Positions 19,022-27,670 of a stretch of DNA of 64,000 nt are shown here, piece after piece. A model generated the notes under the pieces. The model did not search any database. It was not told the DNA's origin and worked only from the letters and a program-made list of their open reading frames with translations. Made by a program: the position numbers and the translations under genes. The DNA lies in the IMG/VR virus record IMGVR_UViG_3300012954_004455, positions 28,343-92,342 of that record. One strand, written 5' to 3'. The first letter of the stretch is position 1; each line of letters opens with the position of its first letter. Origin of the DNA: a virus.

Positions 19022-19852
19022 ATGACAGATTTCCTGAATATAGACTTCTCTGGGGCGTGGGAGATTAGCCCTCAAGCTGCAGCCAATTTGGTGAGACGTT
19101 TTACGGTTATGATGAAACGGCCTGGGCTAGTTGTAGAGCGGCGGAGACGGTATGTGTATTGGCATGAGGTCGGTATTATGGAGGATGGTAAGAAGGTAGG
19201 GACAGCTGCGGTGCTACCTGTGAATGGGGAGCTGTTTATGTATGACCAGTACTGTGGTAATGTGGGGATGAAGACGCTGGGGTATGTGATAGATGAGCTA
19301 GCGGAAAATAGTGGGGTGGATATGATAGTGCTGGAGATTGATTCTCCTGGTGGGGAAGCGCGGGGAAGTAGAATGCTAGGGGAAAGTATAGCTAGGGCTG
19401 CGGAGAAGAAGCCTGTGATGGTATGGTGTACAAATATGCTGGCTAGTGCGGCGTATAAGATCTCGGTGGGGGCTACGGCTATTTATGTGGCTCATGCGCA
19501 ATGTATGGTAGGGAGTATAGGCACACGTATTTCGTATTTTGATTTTAGTGACCACTGGAAGAAGGAGGGGATTGATTTTGTGGACATTGTGTCTGCGAAA
19601 TCACCAATGAAGAACCGCCCCAATTTTATGAAACCTACGGAGGATGATAGGGGGGAGATACGAGATAAGTTTTTGGAACCTCTGACGGAGGCTTTTCATG
19701 AGTTTGTGCTGGCGCACCGAGATGTAAATGAAAAGGCAATGAATGGAGACCTCTTCTATGCAGATGAGGCGATAGAATATGGACTTATAGATGGTGTAAA
19801 ATCATCATTGGGTGAAGTAATAATTGACGCATGGCAAAAGAAACAAAACTAA
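19022..19852 (+). CDS. S49 (SppA/ClpP-class) prohead protease
   Basis: LEIDSPGGE, ASAAY, GSIG motifs; upstream of scaffold and capsid; GTCC motif at 18983. Confidence 0.9.
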   Translation: MTDFLNIDFSGAWEISPQAAANLVRRFTVMMKRPGLVVERRRRYVYWHEVGIMEDGKKVGTAAVLPVNGELFMYDQYCGNVGMKTLGYVIDELAENSGVDMIVLEIDSPGGEARGSRMLGESIARAAEKKPVMVWCTNMLASAAYKISVGATAIYVAHAQCMVGSIGTRISYFDFSDHWKKEGIDFVDIVSAKSPMKNRPNFMKPTEDDRGEIRDKFLEPLTEAFHEFVLAHRDVNEKAMNGDLFYADEAIEYGLIDGVKSSLGEVIIDAWQKKQN

Positions 19853-20226
19853 CCTTAGGGCAACGAATCAAACGCGCCTGGAATGGGGGAGTGGATAAGC
19901 CTGGAACAGAGGAAGGGGTGAATCCAGAGCCTGAGAATAAGGGGGCTGGAGATTTTTCTGTGGTTCTGGCGGAGAAGGAGGGTGAGATTGGGAGCCTGAA
20001 GGAGAAGCTATCGGAGGTAACAGCCGAAAGAGATGCTCTGGAAAAAGAGCTATCGGAGAAGACAAAGGAGATTGAGGAAGCAACTGAGCTGATTATAGAA
20101 CTGGGTAATCGTAAGAAACCAGGAATCAAGGCAGTTGAGAATACGGGGGCAGATTTACCTGCTCGGAAAAAAGGACGAGTGCATCGATTCACTGCAAAAG
20201 CAAGAAAGGAGTTAGGACGTGGCTAG
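19831..20226 (+). CDS. Probable scaffold protein
   Basis: Coiled-coil 131 aa between protease and capsid; syntenic with 58893-59294. Confidence 0.55.
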   Translation: MAKETKLTLGQRIKRAWNGGVDKPGTEEGVNPEPENKGAGDFSVVLAEKEGEIGSLKEKLSEVTAERDALEKELSEKTKEIEEATELIIELGNRKKPGIKAVENTGADLPARKKGRVHRFTAKARKELGRG

Positions 20227-21163
20227 AGGTAATAATGGATTTAATAAGGAGGATGTAGCTACTCTGCAAGAATTCTGGACAGAGTTTGTGGATGATTTCA
20301 AGGAAGAGATATCTCCAGAACCAGTGAAGACTGGTATGGTGACTCGATTCACTAAGGATGTGGATGAACTGCCTACGGTGACTGTATCTGGGCAAGCACA
20401 GAGTTTCCAAGTGGGTTTTCATGGTACAGCCGCTCTCAGTGTCAAGACGCGCGCACTGAAGCGGACGCCTGTGAAGCTGGACTTGCTGCTTAAGTCTGTG
20501 GATTTGAGCTATGAGAGTTATCTGGGATACCTGAAGCGAAAAAGCAACAAAGCCTCACGGTCGATAGAGTGGGAGGAATGGGCGATTAATAAGATTGCGA
20601 AGACGTTGAAGACTTCTTATGTGATCGTGATGTGGAGAGGGCGAAAGCTGGAAACGCTTGAAAATGCGCCTAATGGAGCTGCTGATACTGCGGATGGCTT
20701 TACGAAGGTTATCAGAGAGGAGGTGATGAAGGGGGCGATTCCTGTTATTATGCACGAGCCTCTTGATGAGACGAATGCGTATAAGGTGATCAATAACCTA
20801 TTCAAGGCTGTAGCGGATACACCAGAGAAGCGGCAAGAGGCGTTTGTGGGGTATTGTGGGCTTGACCTACTCGACCTTTACCAAGCAAGCTATGTGGCAC
20901 TTCGGGGAGGAACTACGCATGCGAAGGAGCATGTGGGGCTTGACCGAATAGAGGGGATGCCTAATTCTTATTTGGCTCCTGTGAATGGAATCGATGGGCA
21001 TGGTATCTTCATTACTCTGGAAGGGAATCTATTCTGTGCGGAGAATGAGGAGCCAGAGTTGAACCTATTATATATGTTCTATGCGTTGTATGTGTCATGG
21101 TTTTATGGGTGGGGTTTTCAGATCGCCACTACGTTGCACTCAGCGGTAAATCAACATTTCTAA
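20219..21163 (+). CDS. Major capsid protein (probable)
   Basis: 314 aa after protease and scaffold; WRG...DTADGF motif shared with 59341-60321. Confidence 0.75.
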   Translation: MARGNNGFNKEDVATLQEFWTEFVDDFKEEISPEPVKTGMVTRFTKDVDELPTVTVSGQAQSFQVGFHGTAALSVKTRALKRTPVKLDLLLKSVDLSYESYLGYLKRKSNKASRSIEWEEWAINKIAKTLKTSYVIVMWRGRKLETLENAPNGAADTADGFTKVIREEVMKGAIPVIMHEPLDETNAYKVINNLFKAVADTPEKRQEAFVGYCGLDLLDLYQASYVALRGGTTHAKEHVGLDRIEGMPNSYLAPVNGIDGHGIFITLEGNLFCAENEEPELNLLYMFYALYVSWFYGWGFQIATTLHSAVNQHF

Positions 21164-21176
21164 GGAGGATATAGGT

Positions 21177-21566
21177 ATGGCATTTGAATTCAGAAATAAA
21201 ACAGTGGAAGTCAGAGGGACTCCTACGGTGTTTAAGCTTGTGGGGACTAAGCTTAAGCCTGTGGACACGATAGACGCGGCAGCTCTGGAGGATTATTTTC
21301 CAGAGGAGGATGAGATTGATGATTTTGTGCAGGATGAACGGGTGGATTATGCTCGGGATAGTGACGGAAATGTGCTATCTACGGACGGGCAAATTTGGGC
21401 TGATAAGTGGGACAAGGTGAAGGGAATCAAACTAGGTTATCAGACACGGAAGGTGTTTGGGGCGTTATTGGAGATTGTGCCTAGTAGTGATCCAAACACA
21501 AATGATCCTAATGATCCTGGAACGGGTGGTAATACGGGTACTGGAACTGATAATACGGGGGGCTGA
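21177..21566 (+). CDS. Virion-associated hypothetical protein
   Basis: YARDSDGNVL..WDK..LGYQ matches YAQDGDGNAL..WDK..LAYQ of 60336-60641. Confidence 0.6.
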   Translation: MAFEFRNKTVEVRGTPTVFKLVGTKLKPVDTIDAAALEDYFPEEDEIDDFVQDERVDYARDSDGNVLSTDGQIWADKWDKVKGIKLGYQTRKVFGALLEIVPSSDPNTNDPNDPGTGGNTGTGTDNTGG

Positions 21567-21569
21567 TAA

Positions 21570-22103
21570 ATGGAAGATTACCAATTGGATGATATAGTTT
21601 TTGATCCTCGTGCGGCTATTGCGCCAGGACATACGGCACAGCTGTTGATTATTGCTGTGGATGATGTGGAGACGGTACCCCCACTGCTGACGAGTGCGGA
21701 TGATGATTTTCGGCCTCTTACGCTGAAGGGTAATATTGATCTGAAGGCGGATAAGAAATGGACTAAAGTCGATATCGAGGTGGAGAGTGCCGACTTTATA
21801 GAAGAGGTAGTCGGGAATGGAGAAGGTACACACTTGAAAACGGAGCTGCCTTTTAAGATAGTAGGTAGCTCACGGGAGCAAAAGGCTGCTATTCATAAGC
21901 TGCATAAGCGGCGCATAATGGTGGTCATTACAGATAAGGCTCTGGAGAAAAGAGTGGTAGGGAGTAAGGAATTTCCGTGTAGAATCAAGTATAAGGCTAC
22001 CAAGGGAACTGGTGAAGGGGGATATAATGGGACGGAGATGTCTCTGGCGGTTCCTGTAATGACTGACCCATGGCCATACTATGATGGAGATTTGGTTTTG
22101 TAG
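21570..22103 (+). CDS. Major tail tube protein (probable)
   Basis: Beta-rich 177 aa; APG..., PWPYYDGD; homolog of 60643-61194 (PFPYYKGD). Confidence 0.65.
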   Translation: MEDYQLDDIVFDPRAAIAPGHTAQLLIIAVDDVETVPPLLTSADDDFRPLTLKGNIDLKADKKWTKVDIEVESADFIEEVVGNGEGTHLKTELPFKIVGSSREQKAAIHKLHKRRIMVVITDKALEKRVVGSKEFPCRIKYKATKGTGEGGYNGTEMSLAVPVMTDPWPYYDGDLVL

Positions 22104-22261
22104 ATTATGAACGTGAAGATATGTAAGCACGCTGGCTTCTACCCAACCGTGTGGACGGCTCCTTAGGGGGTCGTTTTCTTTTTTTGTCCTTAGTTTTTTG
22201 GGGGTAGATAGGGAGGTTTGGGTCACTATTATTTTTTCTGTTATTCATGTTTAACTAAACG

Positions 22262-22495
22262 ATGATCAATATGGTAGGGTTTATTTTATTGACGACTTTG
22301 AGTGGTGTGCCGCAAGCGGCTAAGGATCAAATAGAGGCGAAGGCTAAGGAGCATGTGGAGAATCTCCAGAAGGGAATGGAAGCTGCTGAGAGCTATGAGG
22401 CTAAGGAGCTGATGATCTTGGAGATGGGGCTGAATTTGGCGCAGTACAAGCTACGGCAGGCTCAAGAGATGATTAAGGCTGTGGCTGGAGAATAA
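22262..22495 (+). CDS. Small hypothetical protein
   Basis: 77 aa ORF with its own GTCC...TTTG motif (22186-22220) and downstream terminator. Confidence 0.55.
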   Translation: MINMVGFILLTTLSGVPQAAKDQIEAKAKEHVENLQKGMEAAESYEAKELMILEMGLNLAQYKLRQAQEMIKAVAGE

Positions 22496-22522
22496 GATTT
22501 TTGTGTGTATGTGTGTGTGTAT

Positions 22523-22556
22523 GGTCTCCCCATCTGTGAGGTGGGGAGACCGTTTT
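22523..22556. terminator. Terminator between late region and integrase A
   Basis: GGTCTCCCCA/TGGGGAGACC stem. Confidence 0.75.
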
Positions 22557-22559
22557 GGG

Positions 22560-23828
22560 TTAGAAGTGGGCGTAGGCTGAGGTGAGGCTGGAGTTTGCGA
22601 GGTCATTGGCGATGTGTAGGTAGACCTGTAAGGTGGAGAGGGACTTTATGCCTGCTAGTTTTTTGACGCGCTCGATGGGGACTCCACGAGCGATAGACAT
22701 GGTGATGAAGGTATGCCTGGCATCGTGCATTTTGGTGGGGCGAGTGGCGAGTTCGGGTATTAGGGTGCATATGTGCTTTATCTCTAGGTTGCATTCGCAG
22801 TTATTGGGGAGGGTGTGGAATAGGTAGGGCGATGAGCTGCGAGGGGGGATGAAGCGGGAGATCATTTTGTTTATTTGGATGCGGATGGTTATGCCTGAGG
22901 TGCGACGGGTTTTGTGGGGCTGGTAGGTGATGAGGTTGTTTTTTATGTGGGTGTATTGGATGCGCTTTAGGTCTGAGTATCTGAAGCCTGTGAAGCATGA
23001 GAAAAGGAAGGCTCGTAGGACGCGCTGAACTTTATCGACTTTCTCCTGGCATACGTAGCGTGATGCGTGCCAGGGGGTAAGACCTCGGGTGGTGGCTTTT
23101 TCTCTGAGGCGATCGAGGATGGTGGATGGTGACTCTATGAGGGATATAAGTAGGCGTACTTCTGCTTCTGTGAGGGGGGTGGGATCTGGACGAGAGGTGG
23201 GTAGTTTTTTCTTATAGAAGGCTGAGGGGGATACTTGGTGGCCTTCGTTTTGGGCGAAACGAAGGTATTTTCTGATGTTAAGGAATAGGCGCCTTCTTTC
23301 TGTGATGCCTGTGTGGCCTTTTTCTGCAAGCCATTTTGAGTGTGCTGTATCGAGGTTTTCGAGGAACTCACGGGTTATGTGATTTGGGGGAAGGTGGGAA
23401 CCTGCGAAGCGGATGAGCTTACGAAGGGAACGACGCTCGGTGGTGAGGGTTCCTTTTGTGATGTCTCCCTTTTTATGGGCTTCGGTCATTCTGGTGCGAT
23501 AGAACTGAATGAAGTTGTGCTGGGGGAGGGGAGATGAGGATCCATACCATTCTTGTTTGAAGAGGGTATTGGAGAGCGGCTTTTTCTCATGAACGTATGT
23601 AAGGACTATCTCGCTGGCTTTGGCGACGAGGGCTTTTATGTGGGCGTTTTGCTTTGCGGCGAGAGCGTTTTTGCCTTTTACGTGGCCTTTATTGGGATTC
23701 CATACTTTTTTATCTATCCGTAAGCCTGTGGTGAGGCGCATGGGGCTACCATTTATATTTACGTATAGAAGAATGGTATGAAGGCCGTGCTTGGTAGGTC
23801 GGTTTTTAAGTACTGGTTTTATGGTCAT
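22560..23828 (-). CDS. int: Tyrosine integrase (Bacteroidota arm-binding type)
   Basis: N-terminal arm-binding-like domain; FTGFRYSDL, HDARHT and catalytic Tyr (LQVY). Confidence 0.93.
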   Translation of the reverse strand: MTIKPVLKNRPTKHGLHTILLYVNINGSPMRLTTGLRIDKKVWNPNKGHVKGKNALAAKQNAHIKALVAKASEIVLTYVHEKKPLSNTLFKQEWYGSSSPLPQHNFIQFYRTRMTEAHKKGDITKGTLTTERRSLRKLIRFAGSHLPPNHITREFLENLDTAHSKWLAEKGHTGITERRRLFLNIRKYLRFAQNEGHQVSPSAFYKKKLPTSRPDPTPLTEAEVRLLISLIESPSTILDRLREKATTRGLTPWHASRYVCQEKVDKVQRVLRAFLFSCFTGFRYSDLKRIQYTHIKNNLITYQPHKTRRTSGITIRIQINKMISRFIPPRSSSPYLFHTLPNNCECNLEIKHICTLIPELATRPTKMHDARHTFITMSIARGVPIERVKKLAGIKSLSTLQVYLHIANDLANSSLTSAYAHF

Positions 23829-23953
23829 TACACATGTATTTAATGGTGCAAATGGCCTACCAGAAATCTGTTTGTATAGATGCGAATTAAGAGGCTAACT
23901 ATCAGGAACTAACTCCTCTTAAGGTCTTTTATTCTCCATAGGGAGAGACTTCA

Positions 23954-23972
23954 GTGGAATATACTGTTCCAC
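23954..23972. other. Putative att core at prophage A/B junction
   Basis: GTGGAA-TATACTG-TTCCAC, an inverted repeat around a 7-bp spacer; GGTGCAA repeats on both sides (~23845, ~24029). Confidence 0.45.
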
Positions 23973-24111
23973 GAACCCCCCTTAAACCCTTATGAGCCTC
24001 AAGTGCTTACGGGTAGATATCTCATTTGGGTGCAAGGAGAGTGCAGAAACACTTGCATTCCTTCCATCCTATGGAAGGGATTTTCAATCCCTGCAGGTTC
24101 ATCTTAATCAG

Positions 24112-24507
24112 TTAATCCTCCTTGCGGAGTTTGGCTTCCAATCTTAAAAGCAAGTCCGCTATCTCAGGATTAATGTTTTCCCAAGGAACGGTCTCCTCTT
24201 CTGTCTTGTCCATCATCAAAAGAAACTCTAAGGCCTCTTTTGTCTGTTTTTCACTTCTGTACATCTGGAGTATTTCCCCCTCGGAAAACACAAGCTCTTT
24301 ATTGATTGGGAAAAAATCAGTAGGCGGGATATCAAACCGATTCAAGAGCAACCAAATCAGATCAGATTTGAAGTCTTTATAGCTGAACCATCTCCGTACT
24401 ACTTCAGGCCTTTTATCTATCTCTCTAGCGAAAGCGGCGGCTTTGACTCCCTTCTTCTTCAATAAGTTCTTGAGGAAGTCTCCCATATGTATTGGATTCT
24501 CTGGCAT
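24112..24507 (-). CDS. XRE-family HTH repressor, copy 1
   Basis: HMGDFLKNLL..AAAFAREIDKRPEVVRRW HTH. Confidence 0.8.
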   Translation of the reverse strand: MPENPIHMGDFLKNLLKKKGVKAAAFAREIDKRPEVVRRWFSYKDFKSDLIWLLLNRFDIPPTDFFPINKELVFSEGEILQMYRSEKQTKEALEFLLMMDKTEEETVPWENINPEIADLLLRLEAKLRKED

Positions 24508-24544
24508 ATAAGTGATATGTTTTTTGTAAAGCAGAATGTTTTTG

Positions 24545-24934
24545 TCATTGACGAAGTTTCCCCTCCAGTTTCAGAAGGAGAACTCCTATTTCGGGATCTA
24601 TATTTTCCCAAGGCACGGTACCAGGATTATCTTTACTAAAGGTTACCAGAAACTGGAGAGCTTCTTTTATAAGTTTTTTTTCTCGGCACATCTGTAGTAT
24701 TTCACCTTCAGAGAAAACGAGATCCTTGTTTATCGGAAACAAAGCTGTTGGAGGAACATCAAATCGTTCCATAATCATCCATACAACATCAGATTTTAAG
24801 TTTTTATATCCCAACCAGCGTCTAACGACCTCTCGTTTTCGTCCTATTCGCCTTGCGAATTCTGCTATGCTTATTTTATTTTCTTTGAGGAGACTTTTAA
24901 GATAGCCTCCGATATGTACTGGGTTTTCTGGCAT
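24545..24934 (-). CDS. XRE-family HTH repressor, copy 2
   Basis: SIAEFARRIGRKREVVRRW HTH; paralog of both neighbours. Confidence 0.8.
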   Translation of the reverse strand: MPENPVHIGGYLKSLLKENKISIAEFARRIGRKREVVRRWLGYKNLKSDVVWMIMERFDVPPTALFPINKDLVFSEGEILQMCREKKLIKEALQFLVTFSKDNPGTVPWENIDPEIGVLLLKLEGKLRQ

Positions 24935-25001
24935 AAATGATACTTTTTTGAGGTCTGGTCACTAAATAACCAGAATTTTGTTGTCAATAATTAAAATATT
25001 G

Positions 25002-25074
25002 CTATATTTGTATCCGTAAGCAGATACAAACTTTGCGCTTGCATCTTGTTTTACACAAGGCTAAAGCCTTGTAA
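25002..25074. promoter_or_regulatory. Promoter/operator cassette copy 1
   Basis: TATATTTG -7 element fused to palindrome TTTGTATCCGTAAGCAGATACAAA (25007-25030), then a TTACA...TGTAA palindrome (25051-25074). Confidence 0.75.
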
Positions 25075-25141
25075 CGTTCTTTCACAAGTAATCGAGATTC
25101 AGGAATTTGTAGAACCTATCTCTAATAATTAGAGGAATAAG

Positions 25142-25540
25142 TTATTGACGAAGTTTCCCTTCCAGTTTCAGAAGGAGAGCTCCAATTTCAGGATTGATAT
25201 GCTCCCAAGGCACGGTACTAGGGTCATCTTTGGAGAGGGTTATAAGAAACTGGAGAGCTTCCTTAATGAGCCTCTGGTTTTTGTATAATTCTGTGATTTG
25301 CTCTTCAGTATGAACCTTGTCTTCATTGATTGGGAAAAAGTCTGTAGGAGGTAACTCAAAGAAAGATAATATTGTCCAAATCGCATCAACAGAGAGATAT
25401 TGGTATGAAACCCAGCGGTTTACTACCCCCTCAGATCTGCCAATTTTCTTTGCAAATGCTTTTTGTGTCAGTTTTCTCGCTTTCAGGAGCCTCCTAAGCT
25501 CATTCCCCATATGTATAGGATTCTTCTCAAACATGATCAA
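25142..25540 (-). CDS. XRE-family HTH repressor, copy 3
   Basis: LTQKAFAKKIGRSEGVVNRW HTH; divergent from Cro-like gene. Confidence 0.82.
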   Translation of the reverse strand: MIMFEKNPIHMGNELRRLLKARKLTQKAFAKKIGRSEGVVNRWVSYQYLSVDAIWTILSFFELPPTDFFPINEDKVHTEEQITELYKNQRLIKEALQFLITLSKDDPSTVPWEHINPEIGALLLKLEGKLRQ

Positions 25541-25594
25541 GTAGGTGTTTTAGCCCAAAAACATACAGATCTGTTGGCTTTCGGTTTTTTAAAA

Positions 25595-25669
25595 CTATAT
25601 TTGTATCCGTAAGCAGATACAAATCTACAATTGTGTCTTTGTTATTACAAAAGTGAGACACTTTTGTAA
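25595..25669. promoter_or_regulatory. Lysis-lysogeny switch: overlapping opposed promoters and operators
   Basis: TATATTTG (+) and TAGATTTG (-) flank the palindrome at 25600-25623; TTACAAAAGTG-N3-CACTTTTGTAA at 25645-25669. Confidence 0.78.
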
Positions 25670-25698
25670 CGGTAATTACAAAAGCAAAGAGGGGTTAT

Positions 25699-25998
25699 AT
25701 GGATAATTCTAGTAGTATCCTCGCAGATCAAAACCCATTAGAACAAGAATACGATCCTTTCTTCATTCTACTCGCAGAGAACCTCATAGATTTAGAAGTA
25801 GATGTAGTTTTCCCCGCTCAACGGGAATCAGATTATGAAGAAATAAGCAGAATTACAGGCTTGTGTTTATCAACTGTAAAGTCTGCAATTAAGGGGAGAA
25901 CCCACGGAGCAAAATCAAAGTACGCACGAACAGTTCAACGTCTACTGAAAGCGTTTAGAGAGGCAAGCAGAGAGTATTTTTATCAAAAGGGAAAGTAA
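25699..25998 (+). CDS. Cro-like HTH protein
   Basis: YEEISRITGLCLSTVKSAI HTH; first gene divergent from the repressors. Confidence 0.65.
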   Translation: MDNSSSILADQNPLEQEYDPFFILLAENLIDLEVDVVFPAQRESDYEEISRITGLCLSTVKSAIKGRTHGAKSKYARTVQRLLKAFREASREYFYQKGK

Positions 25999-26019
25999 GG
26001 TTCTGCATAGAGGAAAGTA

Positions 26020-26451
26020 GGGGAGAAGGCAAGGTTCTCCCCATTTTTTAAGCATACCAATAACAATCAGATACGTAGATGTAATCATAAGGCAGAGCCA
26101 GTTCCCATCTGGCTCTCGTCTTTTCTCTCTACCAATCTGAATTGAAAAGATACAGAGTAAACATCCTTAACTAAGCAGTTACAAAATCGCAGAACCAGCC
26201 TAATCACCTGGTTTTGCATATCTTAAGAACAATGGGAATAGTAATATTCATGATTTCTTTGGTGGCTGCTGTTTACAGAGTTTTGCATTTCTGGCTCTTT
26301 TTAGACCAGTATTTTGTAAGCAGAAGGTCTCGGAAAAATCGACAAGGTAAATAGAGAACTCGGGGGCGGTGTGGTAGCCGTCTCCATTTTTAAACAAGAA
26401 TTGGGCGTTAGGTGCATATATCAAGGTGGGAGGGGGAAACCCCTCCCTTTA
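26020..26451 (+). terminator. Cluster of five stem-loops in early leader
   Basis: Hairpins at 26020-26049, 26091-26124, 26189-26217, 26362-26391 and 26428-26451; most have T-tracts. Confidence 0.65.
26232..26354 (+). CDS. 40-aa membrane peptide (not in ORF track)
   Basis: MGIVIFMISLVAAVYRVLHFWLFLDQYFVSRRSRKNRQGK; hydrophobic helix plus basic tail, lying between hairpins. Confidence 0.45.
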   Translation: MGIVIFMISLVAAVYRVLHFWLFLDQYFVSRRSRKNRQGK

Positions 26452-26485
26452 TCACCAAACGAGACGAAATACACACATTAATATT

Positions 26486-26707
26486 ATGACACTCATCCAT
26501 CACAGAACAATCCTTCTAGAAATAATAAACGGACTCCTAAAAGGAGATTTCCACAATTATCATTATGAAGGGATTACACTTGCTAGATCTGAGAGTACCA
26601 AGTCTAATTGGATATTCACAACCGGGAAAGATTGCCGAATGATAAACATGGATCATAACACCCCAATGGGGGTCGCCAACTTACTCGCAAAAAAGATAAT
26701 GGAATGA
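26486..26707 (+). CDS. Early hypothetical protein
   Basis: ORF after hairpin cluster; start set at MTLIHHR. Confidence 0.55.
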   Translation: MTLIHHRTILLEIINGLLKGDFHNYHYEGITLARSESTKSNWIFTTGKDCRMINMDHNTPMGVANLLAKKIME

Positions 26708-27009
26708 TAGCAAGAACTGCAGGAGCCAAAGAAATCCAAAAACAACTTCAGAACCTTCTAGAAGGCTCGTCCACAGAGGAACAAATAAAGGTTTGGAGTC
26801 GGAAGGGAAAAGGAACATTTACCATAAAAATAAAAGATGGCTGGTTCAAGTTAGGTTCTGGTCGCATACTCCTTACCCGTGATACAGAAAACGGATTCTT
26901 TAAATTATTTAAGCTACAATGTTCCACACCAGAAGATACTCATCTATTTGCTAGATACATTGATCAACTTCTTGAATCTCAATTAAGAAAATCCCATGTC
27001 AAAATATAG
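26704..27009 (+). CDS. Early hypothetical protein
   Basis: Translationally coupled ORF. Confidence 0.6.
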   Translation: MIARTAGAKEIQKQLQNLLEGSSTEEQIKVWSRKGKGTFTIKIKDGWFKLGSGRILLTRDTENGFFKLFKLQCSTPEDTHLFARYIDQLLESQLRKSHVKI

Positions 27010-27637
27010 TTGCAAAATTGAAAAGCTTCCAGGCTCTTTACAAGGAGGAACAGACTTTATGACCCTAGCGACGATCGCAATCAATGGGATGACTTTCACA
27101 TTGGTAAGAATGAACACAGGGATGCTTGCCCAAAATCTATTCTTCATGGTGAACAAACCAAGAGACTGGGAAGAATTCTTTGGAAAGGAAGGGCGATCAA
27201 TCGCTCAGACTCAACTAGAGATTATCTGGCATGCAGCAAGCTACTTCAGAGAGGATGGTCTAAAGCTGTCCATATTGTTAAATACAATCATCTTAATTTA
27301 TAGAGGGAGCGAGAATTCTTTGTCTAGCTGGTGGGGGCATATATGGTTATGCGGAACCCCACGCAAAGACAGGGATTACAATGGAGAATTGAACTACCAG
27401 TGCATAAGAGCCTCGCTTGAAGGGGAATCCAACGAAAAAGGAGAAGGCCTAATTAGAGAAGAGACCCCAATCAATCTTGAATTTCTCAGAAGAGTAGATA
27501 AGATTTACAGAGAGAACTATGCAAATAAGAAGATCTCCAGAAAATCGTGGGACGAAATCGGAGTTCTAGCCGAAGAGATCAACGATAGTGTATTTGACGG
27601 TATGCTGGGTAGTTTCAAGGATCGCTCATATTTTTAA
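26996..27637 (+). CDS. Early hypothetical protein
   Basis: 213 aa ORF in operon. Confidence 0.65.
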   Translation: MSKYSCKIEKLPGSLQGGTDFMTLATIAINGMTFTLVRMNTGMLAQNLFFMVNKPRDWEEFFGKEGRSIAQTQLEIIWHAASYFREDGLKLSILLNTIILIYRGSENSLSSWWGHIWLCGTPRKDRDYNGELNYQCIRASLEGESNEKGEGLIREETPINLEFLRRVDKIYRENYANKKISRKSWDEIGVLAEEINDSVFDGMLGSFKDRSYF

Positions 27638-27670
27638 AACCTCATACAGAACACCTTAACGCAATAGAAA

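Larger units (their letters stand above)
1..23960. mobile_element. Prophage A (right part; left end outside window)
   Basis: Tail, tape measure, TerL, portal, S49 protease, capsid and tube genes followed by a tyrosine integrase; gene order mirrored by prophage B. Confidence 0.9.

Noticed and set aside
22502-22521. (TG)n microsatellite as a phase-variation site
   Set aside because: Short, imperfect and in a 3' untranslated region before a terminator
23940-23990. tRNA fragment or parS site at the junction
   Set aside because: Only short resemblances (CGAACCC; half-site TGTTCCACG); no cloverleaf and no full 16-bp parS palindrome
26020-26451. Possible mini-CRISPR or repeat array
   Set aside because: The hairpins share no repeated sequence and look like terminators
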